NCBI GenBank assembly: GCA_963664015.2
Contig: CAXXLF010000002.1
Location: 1,312,001-1,376,000, forward strand
From: Candidatus Binatia bacterium
GTDB taxonomy: Bacteria; Desulfobacterota; Binatia; UBA9968; CAXXLF01
Reading direction: 5' to 3'
Length of the DNA stretch: 64,000 bases
Every line of letters begins with the position of its first letter. Position 1 is the first letter of the stretch. The notes beneath the pieces were generated by a model. That model saw nothing but the letters and a program-made list of their open reading frames with translations. It did no database searches and was not told the origin of the DNA. The position numbers and the translations under genes are program-made. Of the stretch, positions 38,607 to 48,187 are shown piece after piece.

Positions 38607-38896
38607 GGCAGTGAGCAGCGGGCAGCAAAGCGGTATTCAGTACTGAGTTACGAGGACTGAGTACTGAGCGGGGAGGGATGAGAATCGAGGATTGAGGATC
38701 GAAGATAGCAACATGAAAGAGGGAAATTAACCGCAGATTATCGCCGATCATTATCTGGCCATTCTGGCCAGAACTTATTACTCCTTTCACTTTATTTTTT
38801 CTCATCCCTTTCCGATGCTGACAGCTGAAAGCTAATGGCTGATAGCCTATTCCGCTTTACACTTAACCCTGCCTTCGCTGTTTTCTGCTATCTGCC
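38607..38896. repeat. Nested inverted repeats with several heptamer-repeat tracts
   Basis: GGCAGTGAGCAG/CTGCTATCTGCC, AAAGCGG/CCGCTTT, AGGGATGAGAA/TTCTCATCCCT and TGAAAG/CTTTCA are nested in order. Confidence 0.65.
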
Positions 38897-38963
38897 TACT
38901 AGTTTCCCTTGGCGCGATAATCTTCGTTGGAGTTGTTGTGTTGAATATTCTATCCGCAAGAAT

Positions 38964-39371
38964 TTAATAACAGCGCAACTCGATTTCGTTTCTGTCTGGA
39001 TCCAAGATATAAATCGAGGTAGCACGGCCCCGGGCACCCCATCGGGACACTGGACCCGTGATGACCTCTACCCCTTTTTCCTTCAGGAAATCCAGAACCA
39101 TTGAGAAGTCCACTTGATCTACCACGAGACAGAAGTGATTCAGGTTTCCCCGTATCGTTCCTCTGTCTGCAGGGGATTCCCCATTCGGACTGAGATCGAT
39201 CAAGGTATGTTCATTGATCCTGACCGAGGGAAACCCGACCTCTCCCTCTCTGAACGCCTGGATTCTTTCTCCCTTGAGGCCTAAAGGACCCATATAAAAG
39301 GCAAGGGATCTTTCCGCATCGGCAACGTTCAAAACAATATGGTCCATCTCTTTGACCTGGATCGGTATCAT
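38964..39371 (-). CDS. VOC/glyoxalase family protein
   Basis: MDHIVLNVAD.ERSLAFY, NHFCL and SIYILDPDRNEIEL. Start at MIPIQ; the longer tracked ORF runs through a repeat. Confidence 0.9.
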   Translation of the reverse strand: MIPIQVKEMDHIVLNVADAERSLAFYMGPLGLKGERIQAFREGEVGFPSVRINEHTLIDLSPNGESPADRGTIRGNLNHFCLVVDQVDFSMVLDFLKEKGVEVITGPVSRWGARGRATSIYILDPDRNEIELRCY

Positions 39372-39392
39372 AATGTGCCTCCCTTGCCTCTT

Positions 39393-39484
39393 ATGAAGCC
39401 TCCACGGAATTACGCCCGTGGTATCCTTCCTTATCTTCGGCGGAATCTGCGGTCGCATCAGTTCCGGTTGCGAAGGCGGAATAA
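39393..39484 (+). repeat. Same hairpin element, copy C
   Basis: ATGAAGCCTCCACGG..TTACGCCCGTGGTATCCTTCC..TCTTCGGCGGAATC...GCGAAGGCGGAATAA. Confidence 0.8.
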
Positions 39485-39521
39485 TCGCGTACTCGAGAAA
39501 GGATGGTTTTACCCATGGGAA

Positions 39522-39758
39522 TCAGCGAGACAGGTAGCTACGAGCGCACTCCTCGCTACAGAAATAGTATTCGCCTCGCTGGAGGGCATCACTCTTGGGA
39601 ATATAACTTTGGCATTGAGGGTCCAAAACCATCTCCTCACCGGGATCCTTCCCACTACTACCAGCCGATCCTCTGCCCTTGCCGCGAGAGAGGAACGAAT
39701 ACACCAGGAGTAAAATAATATAGAGGAAAAGAAAGAGAACTAATAGCCGAAGAATCAA
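39522..39758 (-). CDS. Small membrane-anchored TRASH/YHS-like protein
   Basis: TM helix, then EEMVLDPQCQSYIP...YFCSEEC. Confidence 0.8.
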   Translation of the reverse strand: MILRLLVLFLFLYIILLLVYSFLSRGKGRGSAGSSGKDPGEEMVLDPQCQSYIPKSDALQRGEYYFCSEECARSYLSR

Positions 39759-39790
39759 CGGACCGCCTTTCCAGACATAGGAACCGTCAA

Positions 39791-40282
39791 CTAGAATCTC
39801 GACAGACTGACTTTTTTGCTGTCATTGACATGGACCAGAAGCTGGGAGATCGTCATGCCCAGTACCGGGTGAATGACCTGAGGCGCGATTTCACTCAGCG
39901 GGACCAGAACGAACTTTCTGTTGTGCATTTCCGGATGGGGCACGATTACGTCTTTCCTTTTATACTTGAGATTATTATAGAGCAGGAGATCTAAGTCAAT
40001 AATACGGGCCCCCCAACGTTTACGGACCTTTTTTCGCCCCATGGCCCGCTCGATATCCTTGAACTTCTTTAGCAATAATTCGGGGCCTAATTCGGTCTCA
40101 ACCTCAATTGCCCCATTGACGAACCACTCCTTGGAGTCGCCCAGGGGCTCGCTGGCGTAGAACGAAGACTCCTTGGTGATCCGCGTGCTGGGTAACTGAC
40201 CGATTCGGTCCAGCGCCTCTAGGAAGTTTTCCTTTTTTTTACCCTGATTAGAACCGATACCAATGAAGACTTGATGTGCCAC
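39791..40282 (-). CDS. folK: 2-amino-4-hydroxy-6-hydroxymethyldihydropteridine diphosphokinase
   Basis: FIGIGSN, WGARIIDLDLL and PHPEMHNR.FVL.PL; GTG start. Confidence 0.93.
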   Translation of the reverse strand: MAHQVFIGIGSNQGKKKENFLEALDRIGQLPSTRITKESSFYASEPLGDSKEWFVNGAIEVETELGPELLLKKFKDIERAMGRKKVRKRWGARIIDLDLLLYNNLKYKRKDVIVPHPEMHNRKFVLVPLSEIAPQVIHPVLGMTISQLLVHVNDSKKVSLSRF

Positions 40283-40302
40283 GGCAACCTCTCTGAGAAT
40301 AT

Positions 40303-41475
40303 TTAGAAATTTACGCTCTTGATCCGGTCCACGACTTCCTTCAAACGTTCCTTGGCAACGCACAGCGTAAAGCGGATATAACCCTCGCCGGATGCGCCAA
40401 AGCCATTACCCGGTGTGCTGATGATACCGGCCTCCTCAAGCAGGCGGGTAGCGAGTTGAGCTGAGGTATACCCCTTCGGCACCGGAACCCAGACATAAAA
40501 TGTGGCCTTCGGCTTCTCGCATTCAAGCCCCGCTGCATGGAGCGCCGACACAAGGACATCCCTCCGTTCCTCATAGATCTTCCGCGTGGGCTCTATCAAT
40601 TCCTCCGCCCTTTGCAGGGCCTCAATCCCTGCCTCCTGAACGGCTTGGAAAGCCCCCGAATCGATGTTGGACTTCACCTGGGCCAAACCGCCCACCAGAT
40701 TTGCATTTCCAACAGCCATCCCCAAACGCCAACCTGTCATATTGAAAGTCTTGGACAGGGAATGAAACTCGATCCCCACCTCTTTAGCCCCGTCCACCTG
40801 CAGTAAGCTCATGGGCCGGTAACCGTCAAAACTTATCTCCGTATAGGCCGCATCGTGGCACAGGATAATCTTGTTACGGTGGGCAAATTCAATGATTTCT
40901 TGAAAAAATTCCTTTTCTGCAACAGCAGCAGTGGGATTGTTTGGGTAACCAAACCAGAGCATTTTTGCCTGATCGACGACGTCCTTTGGAATAGCCTTGA
41001 GATCTGGAAGGAAGTGGTTTTCTTTGCGCAGCGGGAGGTAATGGACCTTTCCACCGTTAAATTGGGTCCCGATCTGGTAGACAGGGTAGCCCGGATCAGT
41101 AACCAGAACCAGATCTCCTGGATCCACGAACGCCACCGCCATGTTGGCGATTCCCTCCTTGGAACCGATTAACGAGATGACTTCATTAGCCGGGTCCAAC
41201 TTCACGCTAAAGCGCCGTTGATACCAATCGGATACGGCCTGACGATAGGCGAGCATACCCGCGCTGCTAGGATAACGGTGATTATCGGGCTTGTGGGCCG
41301 CCTCCTTGAGCTTTTCGATGATGGGAAGCGGGGTCGGGATGTCGGGATCTCCAATTCCCAGGTCGATAAGGTCGACTCCTCTGGCCAATGCCTCCTTTTT
41401 CTTGCGATCGATCTCAGCAAACAGATACGGCGGTAACTCTTTAATTCTCTTAGCTTTTTCTAACTTTGCCACCAA
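40303..41475 (-). CDS. dapL: LL-diaminopimelate aminotransferase
   Basis: LPPYLFAEI, GIGDPD, GSKEG, YPNNPT and EFHSLSKTFNMTGWR. Confidence 0.85.
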   Translation of the reverse strand: MVAKLEKAKRIKELPPYLFAEIDRKKKEALARGVDLIDLGIGDPDIPTPLPIIEKLKEAAHKPDNHRYPSSAGMLAYRQAVSDWYQRRFSVKLDPANEVISLIGSKEGIANMAVAFVDPGDLVLVTDPGYPVYQIGTQFNGGKVHYLPLRKENHFLPDLKAIPKDVVDQAKMLWFGYPNNPTAAVAEKEFFQEIIEFAHRNKIILCHDAAYTEISFDGYRPMSLLQVDGAKEVGIEFHSLSKTFNMTGWRLGMAVGNANLVGGLAQVKSNIDSGAFQAVQEAGIEALQRAEELIEPTRKIYEERRDVLVSALHAAGLECEKPKATFYVWVPVPKGYTSAQLATRLLEEAGIISTPGNGFGASGEGYIRFTLCVAKERLKEVVDRIKSVNF

Positions 41476-41582
41476 TAGTCCCCTTCCTCAACAACGTAAC
41501 AAAATCAACATTTATACCTGTTTTTTGCGGTTTTGACAACCTGCGAGTTTGCCCCTATCCTAAATTAATAAGGAAACCAACC

Positions 41583-42104
41583 ATGGCAATTCACATCGTA
41601 GTCGACGGATACAATCTCATCGGGAGCGACAAAGGGCTACGCGGGAACCTTGAAGGTAAGAGGAATCGGCTGATCGACCAACTCCAGCAATACCGTGCGC
41701 TAAAAGGCTATCCCATTACCTTGGTCTTCGATGGATGGCGATCCGGGCGACCGACGGAGGTGCAGACGCAACAAGGCGGGATAACCGTAATCTATTCCCA
41801 GCAGGGGGAGAAAGCAGACGATGTGATTATAAGGTTGGCACGTGGGATGGGGAGCGGTTGCGTGGTCGTGACCTCCGATCGGGAAGTCCGAAGGGCCGCC
41901 GAAAGCAGCAGCGCCGCCGCCGTTTACGTCACTGAGTTCACCGCCAAATTAGATGCTATGGACCACGACCAGCCAGAAATGATCAGAGAATCCGAGTTCG
42001 ACGCACCACCCCATGACCCTAGCCAACACCATGGAAAGAAGGGCAACCCCCGCAAACTCTCCAAAACCGAACGGCGCCGTAGAGAACGCCTTAAAAAACT
42101 GTAG
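41583..42104 (+). CDS. NYN-domain protein (YacP/Rae1-like)
   Basis: VVDGYN, LVFDG, EKADD and VVTSDRE. Confidence 0.88.
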   Translation: MAIHIVVDGYNLIGSDKGLRGNLEGKRNRLIDQLQQYRALKGYPITLVFDGWRSGRPTEVQTQQGGITVIYSQQGEKADDVIIRLARGMGSGCVVVTSDREVRRAAESSSAAAVYVTEFTAKLDAMDHDQPEMIRESEFDAPPHDPSQHHGKKGNPRKLSKTERRRRERLKKL

Positions 42105-42387
42105 TGCAGCGTGCACACCTACTTCCCCTCGCGAGACAAACTCTTCAACAGTGGCCTATCGGCGGCCGCTGAGGGCCGCACCCTCGAGCTGCTGCTCACT
42201 TAGGAGCTTGCCTCTTGGCTCCTCGAAAGACAATCCCTTCGAACATGCATGGCAAGTCGGTCAATCTAAAAAATCTTTCGAATATGTCGATTAAATTTGC
42301 CGTAACCGATGGCGGCACGTAATATGAACCTGTTGATCGACAAAGACGGGCACCTGCCCGAGCAGCAAACGTGATTGGAAAAATCGC

Positions 42388-43065
42388 TTGATTCCCCTGC
42401 GCGACGATAACCCGACGGTCCTCTGGCCCCTCGTAACCGTCACCTTCATCCTGGCCAACACCGGGGTTTTCCTGTACGAACTCACCCTCGACCCACGGCT
42501 GTTGGACTCTTTGATCGGGCGAATGGGGATGGTCCCTGCCACCCTCGTAGAGAACCCGATTCATGGGACCGCCGGATACTGGACGCCCATCAGCTCAATG
42601 TTTTTACATGGCGGTTGGATGCATCTGCTGGGCAACATGCTCTACCTATGGATCTTTGGCAACAATATCGAGGATAGCATGGGTCATTCGCGCTTTACTG
42701 TTTTTTACCTATTGGTGGGTCTGGCCGCCGCTGCAACCCATGTCATCTTCAATCCTACCTCCTCCGTACCCACCGTCGGTGCCTCCGGGGCCGTCTCCGG
42801 GGTACTGGGCGGATACCTTGTCCTGTTCCCTCATGCCCGGGTCAAGACACTGGTCACTCTCGGATGGTTCATGACCATCATCCGCCTACGCGCATGGGTC
42901 CTACTAGTGGTCTGGATTGGATTTCAATTCCTCTCCCAGGCCATTCAACCCATGGACCCGAACGCTGGAGGCATCGCTTATGGGGCACATATCGGCGGTT
43001 TCGTAGCAGGGCTTGTACTGATCCTGCCCTTCAGGAAGTACCGACGACGGGTCCGTTCCCGTTAG
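42388..43065 (+). CDS. Rhomboid intramembrane serine protease
   Basis: SMFLHGGWMHLLGNM, GASGA and AHIGG. Confidence 0.95.
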   Translation: MIPLRDDNPTVLWPLVTVTFILANTGVFLYELTLDPRLLDSLIGRMGMVPATLVENPIHGTAGYWTPISSMFLHGGWMHLLGNMLYLWIFGNNIEDSMGHSRFTVFYLLVGLAAAATHVIFNPTSSVPTVGASGAVSGVLGGYLVLFPHARVKTLVTLGWFMTIIRLRAWVLLVVWIGFQFLSQAIQPMDPNAGGIAYGAHIGGFVAGLVLILPFRKYRRRVRSR

Positions 43066-43713
43066 ACATAAAGGTGAAAGGATACACGCCCCAGAGAGGG
43101 GCTTGTTAAGAGCCGATTAACGACGTCTGCCGGTAATCGTTCCTCTGCGGAGATAAAGGCGGCGCGTGATTTTTCCCCTATGGGAGGACCCAGGCTGTCC
43201 ATAAGCTTCTGGGGGAATATACTGGCGGCGTTCACCACTGCCGGCTTCAGGGTGGATGTATTGGCGGCCTTTGCATTTCCTCTCAAAAGAAGGCCAATGG
43301 GGTCTGTGGACTGGGAAGGGTCTACTCCTAACACGCCTGAATCCCGAGTTGACCACAACGATATCCGTTCTGATTTGAGGACTGTAAATAATGGTTGAAG
43401 CAACCACTATGGGATGAGACCACGGCGCGGTTGGTTCGAAACGGCTCTCCTGGGGGTCGTGTTGCTGAGCAACAGGATCCACCGGGGTATCCGAACAAAA
43501 AGATCCTTGCGAATGATGAGCTGTGTAGATTCCCTTAACTCCTCAGGTACCGAGTTCAAAATGATCCGAAAAGTTTATAACCCCGCTTGGATCTGTCCAT
43601 TGGTAGACCTCTCCCATGGAAAAAGCTGGAGAGACCCAAAGCAGCAAACAGGCGAGGGGGGCCATCCACTTAATGACAATTGAAGGGTCTTTAAGACTGG
43701 GTTTGCCTTCCAT
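43062..43713 (-). pseudogene. DUF4124-domain exported protein, frameshifted (3' extent uncertain)
   Basis: From ATG 43713: signal-like segment, then GEVYQWTDPSGVINFSD. A shift in a T run near 43557 leads to NSVPEELR in another frame. Confidence 0.55.
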
Positions 43714-43797
43714 GTCGTTTGGGCCTGGATTCTTACCGATAGAATGTTTAACAGAACGAATTCAAATAAGGTCTTGGTACCAAGACGCCGCGAAATT

Positions 43798-43885
43798 AAA
43801 ATCCGAAATCCAATGCTCGGAATCTCAAATAAATCGAAGCCCTCAAATTCAAAATCCATAACAAGAATGTTTGGAATTTTATGGT
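43798..43885. repeat. Heptamer-type AAATCCG/AAATTCA repeat tract next to the tRNA-fMet 3' end
   Basis: AAATCCGAAATCC..AATCTCAAA..AAATTCAAAATCCA..TTTGGAATTT. Confidence 0.5.
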
Positions 43886-43888
43886 TTT

Positions 43889-43965
43889 TGGTTGCGGGGG
43901 GTGGATTTGAACCACCGACCTCAAGGTTATGAGCCTTGCGAGCTACCGGACTGCTCCACCCCGCG
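43889..43965 (-). tRNA. tRNA-fMet (CAU), initiator type
   Basis: CGCGGGGTGGAGCAGTCCGGTAGCTCGCAAGGCTCATAACCTTGAGGTCGGTGGTTCAAATCCACCCCCCGCAACCA; C1:A72 mismatch. Confidence 0.95.
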
Positions 43966-44197
43966 CCATCTTTGTATATGCTGGAGTAGGTGAAGTCAAG
44001 GCACACTAAATTGAAGTCACTGGAGAAAAACGTTCGCGGTTTCTGCGCATTCGAACAACCGCGCCCCGTCGCGACCGCTGAGGGTTTCGACGAGGCTCGG
44101 CCTAACGGGCGCCGGGTTCTCCGTGGAAAACGAGTGCTGTGAATGCATGCTGATTCTGATAAGGGTGAACAAACCAATGAAAGGGTAGGACAAAGAA

Positions 44198-44641
44198 ATG
44201 TCAGAAAAAGAAAAAGTCCCCCGACTCACCGTCGACATCATCATTGAGATCCACCCGAGAACTGTCGTTCTCATTGAAAGGAAAAATCCGCCCCCTGGCT
44301 GGGCATTGCCGGGCGGCTTTGTCGATTACGGGGAGAGCCTGGAGGAGGCGGCCGTACGGGAGGCCGAAGAAGAGACCACGTTGAAAGTCCAGCTAAGTGA
44401 ACAGTTCCACACCTACTCAGACCCGCGACGCGACTCTCGCCATCACAACGTCTCCACGGTCTTTATTGCCAGGGCCCAGGGAATCCCCAAAGGAAGAGAC
44501 GACGCCAGACGGGCCGAGGAATTCTCCGAAGGCGCCTTCCCCCACAACCTGGCCTTCGACCACGCTCAAATCTTGGAGGACTACTTAATTTACAAAAGGA
44601 CGGGCACGAAACCCGGGATCCGGGCTATCCCAGCTTCTTGA
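44198..44641 (+). CDS. NUDIX hydrolase
   Basis: Nudix box [24 protein letters not shown]. Confidence 0.95.
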   Translation: MSEKEKVPRLTVDIIIEIHPRTVVLIERKNPPPGWALPGGFVDYGESLEEAAVREAEEETTLKVQLSEQFHTYSDPRRDSRHHNVSTVFIARAQGIPKGRDDARRAEEFSEGAFPHNLAFDHAQILEDYLIYKRTGTKPGIRAIPAS

Positions 44642-45836
44642 GAGCAGTCTCTATGCGGTCACAACCCTTGTGGATATCATTCATCGGGACCGTGTAGCTG
44701 AATCGAATGTGCTCCGGTGAACCGAAGTCCTCACCGGGGACAGCGACGACCTGGGCCTCTTCGAGAAGAAAGTTGGACAGGTCACTGGCTGATGCAATCG
44801 TTCCTTTCTTCCCCTGTTTCCCCAATAGGGAACGGATGCTGGGAAAGACATAAAACGCACCTTCCGGCCGGTTGCACTCCACACCTTCCATGGCATTGAA
44901 GCGCTCCACGATCGCATCTCGACGGGGCTGAAGTCCGCGCACTAACTCCTTCAATTCATCATCAGGGCCGTGGAGGGCTTCCAGCGCCGCCGCCTGCGCA
45001 AATGAGGTGGGATTGGAAGTGCTCTGGCTTTGTATCTTGCCCGCCGCCGATAACAGCGGAACCGGACCGACAGCATAACCAATACGCCAACCCGTCATGG
45101 CATATGTCTTTGACATGGAATTGACAATAACGGTTCGCTCCTTCAGCGGCGGGTTGACCGTGACGATGTTATGGAATTCAAAATCGTCATAGACGATTTT
45201 CTCATAGACATCGTCGGAAATGATTAAACAACCATGAGCCTCCACGATCCGTGACAAGGCAAGCAGTTCTTCACGGTGATAGGCCACCCCCGTAGGGTTA
45301 TTGGGACTGTTGAGAATGAGGGCGCGGGTCCGGGGACCCAGTGCCGCCTTTAACCCCTCCGGCGTCAGACGGAAGTCGTCCCTACCACTACCTTTGACAA
45401 TCCGCGGCACCCCTCCCGATAGGAGGACGATATCCCGATAGCTGACCCAATAGGGAGCTGGGATGATGACCTCATCGCCCTCGTCTAGCATCGCTTGAAA
45501 AATGTTGTAGAGGGAATGCTTTCCGCCGCAACTCACCAAGACCTGGTCGCTACTATATTCCAACCCGAATTCATCTTTGTATTTCTGGGCGATGGCTTCG
45601 CGCAGGGGCGCAATCCCCCGAACCTCAGTGTACTTAGTCATTCCCCGATTGAGGGCCTCGATGGCAGCCCGCTTAATCCGCTCTGGCGTATCGGTGTCCA
45701 GTTCACCGGCGGCAAAATTGATCACGGCAATTCCCTCAGCGCGCATGGCTGTCGCCTTGGCGGCCAGAGCTAAGGTAATGGACGGTTTAATGGCTAGGCT
45801 TCTCTTACTAAGCTTCATTGTTAAATTTTCCACCAT
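44625..45836 (-). CDS. Class I PLP aminotransferase (aspartate aminotransferase-like)
   Basis: [21 protein letters not shown] and [14 protein letters not shown]. Confidence 0.92.
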   Translation of the reverse strand: MVENLTMKLSKRSLAIKPSITLALAAKATAMRAEGIAVINFAAGELDTDTPERIKRAAIEALNRGMTKYTEVRGIAPLREAIAQKYKDEFGLEYSSDQVLVSCGGKHSLYNIFQAMLDEGDEVIIPAPYWVSYRDIVLLSGGVPRIVKGSGRDDFRLTPEGLKAALGPRTRALILNSPNNPTGVAYHREELLALSRIVEAHGCLIISDDVYEKIVYDDFEFHNIVTVNPPLKERTVIVNSMSKTYAMTGWRIGYAVGPVPLLSAAGKIQSQSTSNPTSFAQAAALEALHGPDDELKELVRGLQPRRDAIVERFNAMEGVECNRPEGAFYVFPSIRSLLGKQGKKGTIASASDLSNFLLEEAQVVAVPGEDFGSPEHIRFSYTVPMNDIHKGCDRIETALKKLG

Positions 45837-45839
45837 CTC

Positions 45840-46334
45840 TTACTGTTTGAATTTTTCCTTGAGACTTCGCAACACACTTTTGGGGACCAGACCGGAGACA
45901 TCCCCTCCCAGGCCAACGACTTCCTTGACCAGTCGCGAACTGATGTAGAAATAAGACTCCCCGGTCATCATAAAGAAGGTTTCGAGTCCGGGTTTCAGCC
46001 CACGATTCATCATCGCCATCTGGAATTCATACTCGAAATCAGAAACGGCCCTGAGTCCTCGGATGATGACGCCGGCGCCAACTTTTTCTGCGTAGTTCAC
46101 CAGCAGATCATCAAAGCTGTCTACCTCAACACGAGAGCCGAGGCCCTTAAACACCTCGCCAATCATGGCTACTCGTTCTTCAACGCTGAACAGCGAACTG
46201 TCCTTGTCCCGGTTGGTGGCGATGGCAACGATGACCTTGTCAAAAACCCGCAGGGTTCGCTCCACAAGATCGATGTGGCCATTGGTGATCGGATCAAAGG
46301 AACCGGGATAGACGACTATGTCCGTGCGTGCCAT
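45840..46334 (-). CDS. coaD: Phosphopantetheine adenylyltransferase
   Basis: YPGSFDPITNGH and RGLRAVSDFEYE. Confidence 0.97.
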   Translation of the reverse strand: MARTDIVVYPGSFDPITNGHIDLVERTLRVFDKVIVAIATNRDKDSSLFSVEERVAMIGEVFKGLGSRVEVDSFDDLLVNYAEKVGAGVIIRGLRAVSDFEYEFQMAMMNRGLKPGLETFFMMTGESYFYISSRLVKEVVGLGGDVSGLVPKSVLRSLKEKFKQ

Positions 46335-46340
46335 ATGCGT

Positions 46341-46919
46341 TCATTCTCCTTTTGCAGTTAACCCAAGTCCAACGTTTCCGAAAAAGGACAGCAGGGTGCT
46401 ACCGTAGCAACGTTGGTCCCGAAGCTCCAGAGGTCCATACCGCCCCTGCGCCGTTTCCCTCGTGCTGTGCTCCAGGATCAGGACTCCGTTCTCCGTAAGA
46501 AGCGCTTCCCCAGCGATGGCCTCGAGGACCCTACCCACCCATCCCTTATCGTAGGGGGGGTCGACAAAGACAAGATCGAATTTTTTTTCTCCACCTGCCA
46601 GTGTGCGTATGGCCCGAAGGACCGGCATGACTCGGACCTGGGCCCGCTGGGAGAATCCAAGGGCTAGCAGATTTGCCCTGATCATTTTAGCCGCCCTTTG
46701 GGACTGGTCAATGAGGCAGGCATCTTCAGCCCCTCGGCTGAGGGCCTCCAGGGTCAAGTTACCCGTGCCCGCAAAGAGATCCAACACCCGATAACCGGAG
46801 AGATCACGGGGTAAAATATTAAAGAGCGCTTCCTTGACTCGATCCGCTGTTGGGCGAACCGCTCGTCCTGGGAAGGATTTTAACCGGCGCCCCTTAGCTG
46901 TTCCACTAATGACTCTCAT
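46341..46919 (-). CDS. rsmD: 16S rRNA m2G966 methyltransferase
   Basis: MRVISG..KGR, RPT.DRVKEALFN, DLFAGTG and DPPY. Confidence 0.95.
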   Translation of the reverse strand: MRVISGTAKGRRLKSFPGRAVRPTADRVKEALFNILPRDLSGYRVLDLFAGTGNLTLEALSRGAEDACLIDQSQRAAKMIRANLLALGFSQRAQVRVMPVLRAIRTLAGGEKKFDLVFVDPPYDKGWVGRVLEAIAGEALLTENGVLILEHSTRETAQGRYGPLELRDQRCYGSTLLSFFGNVGLGLTAKGE

Positions 46920-47059
46920 ATCCTATTGCCCCATTACCACCGGTTGGGCGGAGGAGAGAGCGACGTGCCCCCCATCCAGCACCCTTACCCCGCCGAATTC
47001 CATCAGGATCCGAATTTCTCCAGTTTCCCCAGCTTCGGTAGAACAACTATCCCACAGTT

Positions 47060-48103
47060 TCAATTAGCCACTCCTAGAACAATCTTCCCGAACTGCTTCC
47101 CTTCTTCGAGACGCTGATGAGCCGCTGCCGCTTCGTGCAATGGAAAGACACTGTCGATGATCGGTCTGATCTTAGAGGCTCGAAAGAACTGAAGGAGCTG
47201 AATAAATTCTTGACGGCTTCCCAGAGTAGAACCGAAAATACTGAGATGGTTCCAGAAGATGCGCCGGATGTTGGTCTGCGGGAAGGCCCCGGCCGTGGCT
47301 CCACAGGTCACCAAGCGCCCTCCCTTGGCCAATGCGGCCAGGCTTTTGGCCCAATTGTCTCCCCCGACACAATCGACGACCACGTCGACACCTCGTTTCC
47401 CGGTTATAGCCCTCGCCTCTTTGACAAAATCCGAATTCCTGTAATTGATGCCGTGGTCCGCACCCAGCTTGCGGGCCAAATCCAACTTCTCATCGCTGCT
47501 TGAGGTCACAATGACCTGGGCCCCCATCTCCTCGGCCAATTGCAACGCCGCGGAGGCCACACCTCCACCAATCCCAAGTATCAATACGGTCTCGCCGGGT
47601 TTCAGCACCGCATTGGTTATCAGCATGCGCCACAAGGTGATGAAGACCAGGGGAAACGCCGCGGCCTCCTCAAAGGAAAACCCGGCCGGTATAGGGAAAC
47701 AGTTTCGCGCCGGCAATTTCACATACTCTGCATAGGTGCCATTCACCCTCTCTCCGAGGACTCGCAGCTGAACGCACATGTAGTCTCGGTCCGATTGGCA
47801 AAACTCACAGCAACCGCAACCGCTCGGCGGATAAAGACACACAGCATCGCCGGTTTTAACATGGGTCACACCTTCACCCACCTCGACCACGATCCCCGCA
47901 CCGTCTCCTCCCAGGATGTGGGGCATGGAGACCTCCATCCCCGTAAGGCCTTCCCGGTTCCAGATGTCGATATGATTCAGGGCTGCTGTCTTGAGTTGAA
48001 CAATCGCATCATGGGGAGAGGTCATCTTTGGATCCTCCAACTCCTCAAAATGCAGTTTGTCCCGCCCGCCGTATTCACGAATGCAGACAGCTTTCAATGA
48101 CAC
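47060..48103 (-). CDS. Zn-binding MDR dehydrogenase / quinone oxidoreductase
   Basis: ALNHID, HILGGDGAG, CGCCEFC..C and LVTCGAT.G. Confidence 0.9.
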   Translation of the reverse strand: MSLKAVCIREYGGRDKLHFEELEDPKMTSPHDAIVQLKTAALNHIDIWNREGLTGMEVSMPHILGGDGAGIVVEVGEGVTHVKTGDAVCLYPPSGCGCCEFCQSDRDYMCVQLRVLGERVNGTYAEYVKLPARNCFPIPAGFSFEEAAAFPLVFITLWRMLITNAVLKPGETVLILGIGGGVASAALQLAEEMGAQVIVTSSSDEKLDLARKLGADHGINYRNSDFVKEARAITGKRGVDVVVDCVGGDNWAKSLAALAKGGRLVTCGATAGAFPQTNIRRIFWNHLSIFGSTLGSRQEFIQLLQFFRASKIRPIIDSVFPLHEAAAAHQRLEEGKQFGKIVLGVAN

Positions 48104-48187
48104 AACCCGCTAAAAATCATGTTTCTGGTTAGCAAGTTATAAAAAGGGTGTCAATTCCGCCTGGGGAACGGGACGGTCATTGATACC

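Noticed and set aside
43575-44177. 200-aa minus-strand ORF
   Set aside because: It spans tRNA-fMet and a repeat tract; spurious.
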